DNA from: Auanema rhodensis
Lineage: Eukaryota; Animalia; Nematoda
Direction: 5' to 3'
NCBI GenBank assembly: GCA_964057225.1
Contig: OZ059895.1
Location: 5,208,001 to 5,272,000 of the forward strand
DNA: 64,000 nucleotides
Shown: positions 1 to 12,501 of the stretch, one piece after another
Position numbering within the stretch: the stretch's first letter is position 1
Layout of the letters: each line of letters opens with the position of its first letter
The notes under the pieces: generated by a model
Databases searched by the model: none
Told to the model about the DNA's origin: nothing
Seen by the model: the letters and a program-made list of their open reading frames with translations, nothing else
Translations under genes and position numbers: made by a program

Positions 1-137
1 ACCTCCCAAGTAAAATAGAATATTAAAATTAAAACGGGAAACACGAAACACGAAAAGTTCGGCTATATGCGTGAGGTAAATAGGGAAAATGATTTTTAAT
101 TCAAAAATGCTCAAGAGCGGTTGTTTTTCAATAAAAC

Positions 138-303
138 CTTCAGGTTTTCTAGATAAAAACGACAATAAGTGTATGAAGAATAGGATAAACGTAAAAAAAA
201 CTATTATGCAAGCCAAGACCAACTGTGGTGTAGAGGAACTGCAGCGTTTACCGCAGAATGAAAGAGAACGGAAGGAGGTCGTAGACGTTGCTATCCTCTT
301 CAT
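138..303 (-). CDS. Probable first coding exon of a type II membrane protein (glycosyltransferase/Golgi-enzyme-like topology); gene continues off the left edge
   Basis: ATG at 303 gives MKRIATSTTSFRSLSFCGKRCSSSTPQLVLACIIVFFTFILFFIHLLSFLSRKPE: a short basic tail plus one hydrophobic helix, then a GT donor (GAAG|GTTTTA) at 137. Absent from the ORF track because the frame has no stop inside the window. Confidence 0.45.
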
Positions 304-3300
304 CGTGGACGTCAACGTCAAGACCGACACAGCGATATGCCCGTTGTCTATTAGAGAAGAGATCAAGCAGCGACGACACCCGATGAAACCTCCGAAAAAT
401 GACGGAACGGGGACGATTAAAACCTATCAGACAAGAAACGATAATCCAACGCCTATAAGGATTTGTTGTATAAAAATTGAAAAAATCCCGAAATGTAGTA
501 TTAAACTTACTATTGCATTACTTTAGCAAGCTTATACCCCTAAATTCGGACGATGCATATGTCATAAGGAGCAAAACGGAGAACATTGAAAAAAAAGAAA
601 AAAAGCCTTTGAACCTAACTTTTCAAAAAAAGGTAGCTCTTTTTGGTCATGGATAAAATAGAAAAATTTAATTACCTTTACTAACAATAAGTTTTGTATA
701 GATGCTTAGTAATAACATAAGATCAAAAGGCATATGAAACTAAAAAGACAACCATTTTTCAAAAAATTGCTCGAGTTTCTTGAAATTTCATGAATTATGA
801 TCTAAAAAATCGTTTTTTTTTTCATAATCATGGTGGAAAACGGTATAGAAATGGTATTTAACTATGCATAAAGGCTAATAGAATAAAGAATACTCTCATT
901 CATCACTATTCAACATCTTCCCTTTTTATCAGTATAATAACAGGCTTTAGTTAACATTTAGAAAATTCAAAGAAAAAATGAAAGGTTAATAACAAAACAC
1001 CTATACTACTGACAGATATGTGATAAGCCAAAGGTTGGGATCGAGGTATTCAGAATCCAAGGATCCATAGACCAATGCATAATTCATTGGATGGCTATTC
1101 AAGTGATCGTAAAAGTGATGGAACGATTATCGATTTAAGTTTGTGAAGACGAGAAAAACGTGCTTATTTGGCTGGATATGGTTTCAAAAGAATAGCCGTA
1201 GTATATAGGTGAACATGTGTTCACATAAATGAGTGAAAAGAAAGAAGCAAAAAGAGTAAACGTAAATTCAATTTAAAAAAGAAAAATAGTATACGAACAG
1301 TTTCAATATAATTTCAATAATACGTAAAAAGAGCAAGAACAAAAACAAAACGAACTCAAAATAAAATAAGAAGATCGAACATTATTTGCTAACGGTGATC
1401 GAAGAACATCTAGTTTAAAGAAAAAGTACGACATTATCGAAAACCCAGTTTCAATGACTTCAACTATAACTCAAATGAAACAAAAAAGATCAACCCACCA
1501 AATATTTAGTGCCTAGTTCACTTAATATATATATATATGCATGTATTTACTTATTGGTAACCGGGACGGGGGAATAAGAAGAAAGGCAAGAAAGAAAGAA
1601 AAGTATACCTCCAGAAAAAGCCATTAAGCTAGAAATAAACGACGAAGCGTGCAAGGCCAGCACCCAGTAGAATCTCTCGTGTCGCTGCCGTGCATGTTAA
1701 TTATGATCAGACAACGTATGGCAAATAAATGAAGGCAATCGACGGAGCGTTCAAAATTTCAGTACTTGGGAGCAAAGAGAACGGAGAGGAGGGTCAAGCA
1801 AAACGAAAAAATGAAAATCCTAGAAATGATTCATGCAATGGCAGGCAAGTCTATCATACGTCCATCTGTCCAAGTAGAGGCATGATTGAACACAACTAAA
1901 GAGTAGAAGAATTGAACAAACTCGGAGACTCGTGTCCAGAGCCTTGAAAATATTTGGAAACCACGAAAAATGACAAAAGAGAAGCCATAAGAACTTTGCA
2001 ATATGAAGAAAGAGATGGAAAGCAGACAGAGTTGCTCTGTTTAGAAAAAGCTGGAAGAGATGATTTCACTGAAGAGGAAGGGAAAAAGAAGCTTTGGAAA
2101 TGAGCCAAATGTCAACTTTGAGAAGAGCTGGTGTAATCACACGTATTGAAGAAGAAGAGGAAGCAAGAGGAGAGTAGCGAGAGAAAAGAAGAAGAAAACT
2201 GAACCAAGGCTTGATGTGCTATTCAGTTTAAGCTAGAAGAGAAATATCATAGAGTGAGAACATCATGAGCTAAGAAAAGCGGAGTAGTTATTAGCACATC
2301 AAGAAAACCGCGGAAGAATGAAGACTATTTTTCAAACAAGCAACAACATGCCCAACAGATACCAGACGTATTGGCTTTTTCAGAAGCAAACGCTCTTTGA
2401 AGTTTATGGCGATGAAGGGATTTCTATTATAAACGTAAAAAAAATATAGAACTAAGAAAAATAATAGCTATATATTAAAATAAATTACACAAGAAAGTCA
2501 AATAAGCATAACAATTTTTTTTCGTTTTATGATTGAAAACAGAGTGAAATTGAAAAAAATGTCTTGGATAGAAAATTTGAGTGCGAACAGCAGAACAGCT
2601 TGAGACAGAAAATCAGTCTGACAGACGACATGCTTGCAACATGATAATAAACGAGTAGACAAGTGAAGAAAAAAGTCAAAAACTGAAACTATGAATAATT
2701 ATAAGAGGAATATTATTTTAAATATACAAATAACATACATAAAAGTATGATATAATACAGAAAAAATTTCAAATCCTAAGATACCATGAATTCTATTTGT
2801 TGGTGATTTCTCGTACGAGGCAAACAGTTCTGATTATACTTACGTACAAAGCGAACCGATACATAAAGGATACACAAGATATTGCGAACAGCAAGGATGA
2901 GCCAGTGCAAAACTTTCAGTTCTTTCTTAAAGTTGACAATAGAAACTAATGAATTGTTGCTTTTGAAAACCAAAAGAAGCTAGCTAGTAGCTACTCTCAC
3001 TAATATTTCCTTTGTCCATCAATTTGTTTTATACGTTAAATGGCTACTTGCCCGCCCAAAAACCAATCTGACTCGTCTGCACTCACATAAATTTTCTTTT
3101 TATTGCAGGTGGGTTAGATGAAATAAACATTTCGATCGATATTGCATTTGCACGTTTATTAACAAGTAAGATCACTCTCGTTTCTTATCAACTATATCTC
3201 ATAACTATCTAATCACCGTTTATATATTATGTAACTCAACTATCCTTAAGAGGCATATAGACAGCTCGTTCAAACTTGCAACTTCTGGCGAATAATTCAT

Positions 3301-4103
3301 AATTCACCACATCAATATACGTTAAAATATAGAACATTGTAAAAAAACGAAGAGCATAAATATCAAACTTAGTATTATAGTATTTTTTCAACAAGTCAAT
3401 GCTTGCAAACTTCATTGAATAATATTGAATTTTTTCATATCTTTGTTTCAACAATATTTTAAATTTACTGAGGTTTTTCATGAGGAAATGCGGTTAGTTG
3501 ATAAATCTTTAAGAAAAGATGAGGTAGTAGTAATAAATAAAAAGCTCTAATCAAACATTCAAATATACGAGGATAAGAATCATCACATTTGGCTCATAAC
3601 GTCAAAGTTAACATTGTCATTTGTTATCATTAGGGTGGTCAACAGCTGTGATACCAAGAATGATTAATGTATAGAAACTAATGACATAAAATTCAAATTT
3701 ACCTCTCAAACGGCTGTCAATATTGAAAAGATTTTAGCAATTTTGTGCCGAAACATAATTGATCTAATCTAAGATTGATAACCACATCAAGTATAATACT
3801 TTAAAACTTTTAAAGCTTTATTACTTAAAATGAAAAAAAAGACTTATAAAAATGACAATATATACATTATACAACATAAATTCTCTTATACAACTTATTT
3901 ATATTACTACACAACGCTGAAACAACCATTGGATACCCAATATATATATTAGTACATAAGCTGCAACTGTAAAAAAGTGAAAACCTTAATATTAAAATCA
4001 CGATGAAAAAGTGACTAGATGTGTCGATACACAGAGTAAGACTGAGTGATAGGAATGAGTAATTAAAAAACACCTTTGAAGGTTAAAAAGGCCTTGGTGC
4101 ATA

Positions 4104-7100
4104 TTAGTCTTCATATACCGTGCTGATTGAAGTACTTGGTGGAGAACTTGTAGCGGTTCTCAAAATAATATGAGCCAGACGAGACCTGCCTATGCTAGTC
4201 AACGCTTCAACTACACTTGGCCATTCCTTACGAGCTGCTTGTGCCAGAATGAAACAGCCCTATATTCAATATTAATATTATAGGTCGTGCAATATAATAA
4301 CACTCACTGTATCTTCCTCCTGAAGATGTGATACCCATTTACCAATCAGCTCTTTCGGGTCCTCTAAACCCATTTTAGCATAAACTATACTTTTAGACCA
4401 GTGTTTTTGTGATTGCAGATATTTACAAGCATCGGCCCCAGCTCCAACTAAGAACAGCAACTCCACACCATCTAAAGATAAATTTATTTCTTGTTTGGAA
4501 AAGAAAATATAGAAATCTACCTTCAATCATATCAGAAGCTATTAAATTTGTAGCTATCAGCTTGATTAATGAACGTGATTGTTCACTTTCTTGACTAGAC
4601 ACGAGTAAAGCAGCCTAATCAAATATTGTAAATATAATTATTTTTAAAAGTTTTACCTTCATACTGGCATGGCGCAAATCAGGGCTAGCAATTAGTCGAT
4701 CCACAGCTCTCTCCTATCAATGAAGCACTAGTAAATTGCGTATTATTAGACCAAACCTTGGCTTTCCCTCCTGTTACCACAGCTCTCTCAACTATCCTGC
4801 TCTCCATGGCATCGGATGCTGCACATGCCGCACAAGTAACTCTCAACTCTCTTTCCTAGAGTGAATATGTTAATAAATAAAAGAAATTTTGAAATATACC
4901 TTGAAAACATCATTAGGCCAGAAAAGTTGTAAAACAGGCGGCAATTGAGCTTTACCTTCGGAAGAATCGATTGCAAATTTAACAATTTCCAACAATAGAA
5001 AACCAAAAGTATCTCCAAGGAAGCGACATAATAAGGATTCGTTGAGTACCGATGTTAGATCGATTTTCCCGTTATCTACTAATGGTCTACAAGCTTTTTT
5101 TCGTAATATCCAAGACAACGCATCTCCTTCACTTTCACCAATGTCAAAATCGTGAACAATTTTATCAACACTAGTGGGACTCATGAGAAGGGGAATATCT
5201 AAACTAAGGTTAAGTATTAATAAGCTTTTGAAAATACAAAACCTTTTTCACTGACAGAGTTATTTTTCAAGGAGCTGGGTAGAAATCGAAAAACATTATC
5301 ATTGGTTAGAAGTATAGGTGAAATTCCGCATAAATCCATATCCAATGCAGCTCTAGAGGATTCAATGTTAACTTCTTGAATTCGAATAAGAGCTTCAGTA
5401 TCCCATATTACTAACTCCCTGAAGAAGAAAAAAGTTTCAATTGATAACTTTTAAAAACCTCTGATGTAATACTGCCAGAGAATGATCGCCTGCTAATCGT
5501 GAAAAGCACATTCGAAGAACAGGGAAACGAGAAGCACGTACATGTCTCGACTGTTTTCGTCCTAAGTCCCAAACCTATACATGAAAAATCAAACAAACAA
5601 ATATAAAAAAGTAATATACAGCTATTCTTCCGTCGGCATCTCCCATAGCTAGCATATCATCTTTCCACGCCATGCTTCTTATAGTCCAACCCCCACTTTT
5701 CCACTAAACAGAATCAGAGACTATGAAAATCTAGTAAGCAATACCTGAGTATTGACTTCTTTACCGTCTTTAACATGTAGGCCTTTAACTGCGACATGAT
5801 ATAATCGATTTTCTGAAAGTTACTATTCGTAATCAAAGTTAAAGAATAAATGAACATACCAGAATCAAGAACAACAAGATTTTCTCTGTAAACACTTTGC
5901 AAACTGCTCTCTGTCATTTTCATTCCATGATGTTTACTAGACCAAGCCTAAAATCTCTATTTATTTAAATTTGTATCAAAAATAGTAAACCATATCTACA
6001 ATCAATGGGCAAGTTCGACTCATTTTTCTTAGGAGCTTAAAAGTCTTCAAATCCCAGATCTCTAAAGGCTCTCGCTGAAATGCCAATGCAAGATAGCAAC
6101 TGAAACATTCAAATAGACTCAAAAATAAAATAAGCCATACTGATAATAAGAAACTCTAACAAGGCTAACGGGAGATTCATCGTATTCTGGGCGAATGCGT
6201 CTACTTATTCCTGTAAATTGAACGAAATATTTTCTTTTCTATTTTCTCACTATTGTACAAACCTGTTCTAATGTCTGTGGCATAAATATCATTGCGAACA
6301 ATATGAGTTGTACTTAAAGCATGATTATAACCTGCAGTAAGAATAGTATATGCACCACCCCATTCCAAGCTTCTAAAAATATAAATAAAAAATAGAAGTC
6401 TAGGAAAGATGAGTAAACCTGATGGGAGACGATTGAACATAAAATTCACGGATGATCTTTGAAGTAAACACCTCCACTAAATGTACAGTTCCAGCATGCG
6501 TTCCCACAGCTGCAACATGTGCTGCACCAAAATCAGAACTGGCTAAAAAAGAAAATATACTTATAGATACGTGCATTAAAGCTTATACCAAAACTATCAT
6601 CTCCAGATTTTCCTAATTCATCCATTGGCCTCATTCGCACGCAACCAACTGTACTACTCAGTGAGCCAATAAAGCCTGTTTGGAAAAGTCTTAAAGGAGC
6701 CAGCGATGTTGTGGCTAATGTTCCATCGAATTTCAAATATTCATCGAGAAAGCTCTTCATATAATGAGTAGGACTGTTCTCAGTGTTCTAAAACAGTGAA
6801 ATTTAGAGAACAAGTATTACCTACTTACTAATTGCCAAAACACTATTTTTCCACTGTTATACAACGTTGCTAAAGTTGATTGAGTTACAGGACATAATGC
6901 TGAGCCTACAACTCGTTGTTGAGCACTATGTCTATGGGTTTCAGTGGACGCTATCTACAAAGCAAAAATTAACAATGTAATATAAAGATGCGTCTATTAC
7001 CTTCTGAAAATCGAAACGAGCATCAGCACGATCATCATTGGAACAATATGTACCGACACGCAATGTGATTGAACCATTAGACTGCACAGTATATAAAGCA

Positions 7101-8086
7101 TCTCGAAGAGAGCAAGAGTTGAAGGAAATAAAATTAGATTCCATTGTTATTTGAGTTAGAACAACACACAGTTCCGTATCAAATAGCATTAACTAAACTA
7201 TTCAAAATTAACTATTTAGATTTGTCGAAATTATGACCTGCTGGTTCACAACAGCTAACAATGAGTTTTTATAAGCTTTATGATATCCCAGATATTGAAT
7301 GCTTGTATTAACTCCAGAAGAATCAGAGAGACTGACAAAGTATCCATTGTTAAAAGGTTCCTTATTCTTATTAATATCTCGCACAATAATAAGTGAACTT
7401 CCCATAGAAGCAACTGAATAAAACCATTTTGTTCCGTATTGTTATAAAAACTTACAGACAAGTTCCTTATTATTGAAAGGATCAAGTGCCATATTAAATA
7501 AGCTGTGGGTATATGTATGTGACCAGATTTTTTCTCCTTTTAATGTGTCCCACATTACGAGAGTGTTTCCAGAATGCAATGCCAATAAACTATTCATAGA
7601 ATCAATGGTAGAGACATACCATGTCATCGCTATAAAGTTTGTTGTCAACTTTTGAAGTTTTATTTCAACCTAACCTAAAACATTTGTTCCGGCCAAAGTG
7701 AAATGAGCCGTTCGCACAGCTGTGAAAGCATCTGTTATGACAATCTGCCCACCGATATCAGAAGATGCTAGTAGAGTAGCATTGTTCTTTCCAAACTCTC
7801 CGTAGATACTTGATGGTGCCCAAGAAATCTAGAACTATTATTAACTTTTACAGTTATGCTAGAATCCATACATTCTCAACAGCTGCGGAATGATGTTCTA
7901 AGGTTTGGATTCGTTTACATGTTGCAACATCAACAATTAATATTGCGTTATGTGATCCATAAGCAATAACACCAGAAGAATTCCTGAAGAACAATTACCA
8001 TTTAAATAGAATATCCTTGCTATAACAAACCAATCTATACAAAATTTATTACTGGGATGTAAAGCTCCAGGTAAAGATAAAGGCAT
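4104..8086 (-). CDS. WDR11: WD repeat-containing protein 11 homologue (multi-exon)
   Basis: Spliced N-terminus MPLSLPGALHPSNKFCIDW/NSSGVIAYGSHNAILIVDV...LASSDIGGQI...LALHSGNTLVMWD...MALDPFN follows the WDR11 pattern (GAL..NK..DW...IAYG.H...LAS.D..G.I...DPF). C-terminal GVELLFLVGAGADACKYLQS..W..AK is also WDR11-like. Stop TAA at 4104-4106. Confidence 0.85.
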
Positions 8087-8536
8087 TATCTATTCTACAG
8101 TACAACTTGAAAAGTGAAATTCCATATAGATATGAATCTTGAGGGATGCTTGTTTTCCAATATGTATTAGTAGAATTAATATTCTATTTCCAAGCTACAG
8201 TTCCTCAAAGTGATAGTGAGCACACAAAAAAGGAGTTCGTGGATCGTAATTTGGTCCCGGCGCGATCATCGCAATAGTCCACAATAGCGTCGTTTTTGGC
8301 ACGCTACTAATGTAGATTTGAATTTCTCTGGCACGCCTTATATGGAAAGCTTGAGTATTTGACCATTTTATCTCATATATTTCGAGTATATCTTTTATTA
8401 TTATGTCGTTAAAGTTATTAATCATAATTTAATTTAAGTTTCATTCAAATTAGATCATTCTTTTTTTCAGATTTAAGAGTTCCCCGTAGATAATATAACT
8501 AATGTACTAACTTGTAATATAAGAATATAACTGAAG

Positions 8537-10350
8537 ATGTCGTTTATGCGTATGTTTAAGTCTACTAAGAAGAATGGTAATAAGGAAAATATTCCCACTA
8601 TGGTAAATCCGATTCAATAACGGTGCCTAATTTTAAAATTATTCAGGAGAGAATTTGTGAGAGGGATTCTTTCCGCGTCCCTCCTGTAAATAGCTCCTTT
8701 GGCGGAGGTGTATATGCTGGGGAAATTAAAAATGCCCAAATAATAAATCCGTATTCAATAGTAACAGCTCCTAAAAAAACCAAAGGTATGTAAAAATTTT
8801 CGAACCTTTTTATATGAGTGTTCAGGTCCTCGTTCTTGCCCAGGAGCACCCATGGATTCTAGATCCGAACGCAATAGCAGACATTCAGAAAATTACTTAA
8901 ACCCAAACCACAGTATGAGACCTTTTAATGATAGACACGTAAACAGTTCAGTTAGGTACGAGAATATACGGGGACACAGAAGGCATGAGTAAGTTATTTC
9001 TTTTTATCAAAAATTCAAGTTTTACTTTTATAGAACTTCACAACGAAGTTACATGGCGGATATAATTAATCGTAGTAGTATCAAAGAGGACCCGAGAGAT
9101 CAATACTATGAAAGTTTTCCGGAATCTGAAGACGAAGAGCAAGATATACGCATCAGAATGGTAGGCTAATCTATCTGTTGTTTTTATATTGGTTTTTTAA
9201 AGTTGGAATCTAAAATCGGAAAACTACAAAGGAGATATCACGAAGATGTAAAACATCTAAAAAGAGAAATAGAAATTAGTCGTGATGAAGTAGAGCATTA
9301 CAAGTAAGTCGTTACTCTATGACAGGAGTTCATTTTCACACTTACAGGAGAAATTTCGAGAGACAATCGAGAGCTTACTTAAATGCTAAGAAGAGTTTAG
9401 ATTTAGAAAAACAGCAAATACACCGCTTAAAGAAAGCTTTGCAACAATCTAATTCTCGTGTACTAGAACTCGAAGATATGCTAGCTTCGGGTAATGATAA
9501 TTCGTTACTCATGTGCTCTTATGATGCAGGTATCACTAACTGTTCTAACGTTTTCTATTAATTATTTAGTAGGAGGTCTTTGCTCTGCAACAGCGGGAGC
9601 AGGAGAAGCTTTGTGTGCAATGGGAGACCATATTGGCGAGATAAACGAGATGGTTAATTCTAGTACACCTAGTATTTCCATGTTCCAAGAAGGAAAGGAT
9701 GATTTTGATACTCAGGATGAGGTAGTATAGTTTTTCATTTTATCATTGTTAGTAATTGGTTTTAGGTACGGAACTTTCGAACAGTTGAAATCGAAGAAGG
9801 TGAGGAAGACTATGAAACTCCACCTATTGAAAATCCAAGAGATGCTTGCTCTCCAGTAGAAATGAATTGTATCTCGAATTCCCCTATTATGATGACCAAA
9901 ACTCCCAAATTAGCCAAATCTCTTTCTGATACGGATCTCAACTGTATATCTACTGGGATAGTGGAAATCCAACCTGTCAATCCAGAGTCAATTGTTCCAC
10001 GTAGATCATTTCAAAAAGACCTGTATGCTAAGGTATTTTACAACACTGTTATTATATGACACTTATAACTTTTTCAGGCACAAGCTCAATTTCAGTCTGA
10101 ACTGACCTCTGAATCATCTGATGATGAAACGTATAAAGTTATTGAAAAGCAACTTAAGAAGAAAGGAGGTCTTGTAAAATTTCAACCGCCCAGACCGCAA
10201 GTGCAACCGAGACACTATAAAAAATACGGGAAAAACGAACGAAATGCTCTAGCAGAATTCGAATATCTACAGGATCTTTCTTCAGATGTCAGTGGAATGC
10301 TCTCAAGCCCCGATGTGGGAAGCCTTAAAAGTCATGTGAAATGTATATAA
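8537..10350 (+). CDS. Unknown multi-exon protein with a central coiled coil and a Ser/Glu/Pro-rich C-terminal half
   Basis: ATG 8537 (MSFMRMFKSTKKNGNKENIPTM). Exons join in frame at GT-AG introns. Heptad-like LESKIGKLQRRYHEDVKHLKREIE...LKKALQQSNSRVLELE. Ends ...GSLKSHVKCI TAA at 10350. No family recognised. Confidence 0.7.
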
Positions 10351-10513
10351 TATCATTTTTATACTGATGGATTGTTTGAGACTTTGTATTATTATACTTT
10401 GTACTTTGTAATATGTTCTGAAAACGTTGTAATATGAATATCACCTTGTAATACGAGTTTTATGTGCATGATATGGACGAATAAAGTTTCAACACGGGAA
10501 AGCTTGTAACATC

Positions 10514-12109
10514 TTATTCGGCAATTTGGGTGCCTGTGAAATCTGTTAAAATCATATACAGCCTATGAGCTAATGCAGGACCTAATCGTCGACCGTTCTC
10601 GCACATAATATCAGCCAACTCTTTCATGGAATCCAAATAGCCTTTTTCTCCATATTTTTTGCCAGCTTTAATGGGATCAGGAATACTTTTTACAATAGCT
10701 CTCCTTTGTGCATCTCCTGATCGCCATAAGGTTGATAGCATTTTATTCCACCAATCGGCAACCAGAACATCACGACTCTCTTCACGAAGGCCCTTAACAA
10801 AATTTTCACAGTTGATGAAAGATAAAAACTTTAAATAACCTTCTCACTATCTAAACAGAAATCTTTATCGCATTGGGAGCTCTCACAATGCACTCGCTTG
10901 GACAAGCCTCGGATCATCTAATCTTCAAATATCTCATGTTTCATTAGAAAAACCCTACCTGAGCCAGAAAAAGTGCGAACTCAGAAGATGTGTTGAAAAA
11001 GTGAATTTGAGCCCTATACCGCTCAAAAATATTTAATCCTATTTCCATAACCTAGATGAAATTAAAGTATTTGTCAACTAAAAAGCAAAGAAAACTTTTT
11101 TAGACTGCACATTATGAGCGCCAAAACACAGAATGAAACATTCGGCATTTTGTAAAGGATATGTATTAATCTGCTGTTCAATAAAACTATTAATAGTTTG
11201 AGACGAAACCATGTCTTTGAAAGTACTACCTGGTACAAACACACCAAAAACATGCTGATAACTCTAAAACACTTCCAATAAAGAAACTTTTCTCATAACT
11301 TGCCATGTATTCAAATCTTTCAATATGTCCATTCTCTTCAGAAACTTCAACACACTTCCGTTTCCATTCAACTCTTGTACCAATATCAGAATCAATTACA
11401 AGCTGACTTTCAATTTTTCTATCAAGAAATAACATTCTTGTTTGAACAACGCAGTCATCTGAAAGAAAAATGAACCTTTGGAAGCTATCAAATATTCACC
11501 TAGCATAGCGCAGATTTCATTTCCAATATGGCAATAAATATAGTTCTCCGCTTTGGTATTAATAGAAGCTGCTGCTTCTCTCTCTATTCTTCGTTTTAGT
11601 TTTTCTCTCTATATGAAAATTATTTTACTCGTAAAATTGTTGTTGATTACCTCCTTTTCTTGTTTTGCTTGGATGCGTGCCGCTTTTTTTTCATCACGCT
11701 CCTGTTGCTTAATGAGCTAAAACTGGCTGTGAACTTAGTTAAATATCAAATTATAACTACCTTTTCATGAGATATCTCTTCTTTTGTTTTTCGTTTCGTA
11801 GTAATAGGTTTCGGTGGTTGAATTTCAGATAAAACTATGTCCTTATTAGTTAAAAAATCAAAACTATCTTCAAGTAGCAATAAAGGGTTTATTTCATTCG
11901 GTCTTAAAAACTATGCGTATTATATAACACCAGACGACATACCTAGAGTTATTTGTACTTGGATTGTTTTCCCTGTTAATTCCAGAAGGATGATGTATAC
12001 TGTCTTCAATACAAATTATATCAGAGTCATCATTCGGCATCTGTTGTTGCGAATTATATTCTAACTCAACATTACTATCACTCAAAACAACAATCTCACA
12101 TTCTTGCAT
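10514..12109 (-). CDS. eme-1: EME1-like crossover junction endonuclease subunit (ERCC4 family, MUS81 partner)
   Basis: Acidic N-terminus, a charged coiled coil (RDEKKAARIQAKQEKE..KRRIEREAAA) and C-terminal helix-hairpin-like LADIMCENGRRLGPALAHRLYMILT, matching the EME1 RR.GP.L..R.Y motif. TTTCAG immediately precedes cATG. Confidence 0.75.
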
Positions 12110-12501
12110 GCTGAAATTATTACAATTCGTCTATGAAACAAGTAGTGATATCGAATTTATAAGATTTGAAAATAATTAAATCCCTCCATCTTGAATTTCT
12201 CCTCAGGACCAATATTGAAACATCAAGTATTAGAAGGTGAGAAATATGCTTTATCCTCCATGAAGAATAATATGATAAAACGTTCATTGATGAATGTAAA
12301 TAATATAACTTGGTACTTATTGGATAACGAGCATTACTGCATCAGAAGTATAATGGATGTGTTTATTATTGTTATCATACTGATAAACATAGCTCGTGTT
12401 AATTGCAATTTAACCATGCTGAATATTGAATACACCAAAACGAATTATTCATTCTTTCAGATAAATTAAAAATAACGAATACAAAAATACCAGCAGTACA
12501 T

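Noticed and set aside
89-526. 145-aa plus-strand ORF
   Set aside because: It is antisense to the more plausible minus-strand membrane-protein exon and has no recognisable motifs.
1896-2108. Ser/Phe-rich minus-strand ORF
   Set aside because: A low-complexity product of a pyrimidine-rich tract, with no in-frame splice context.
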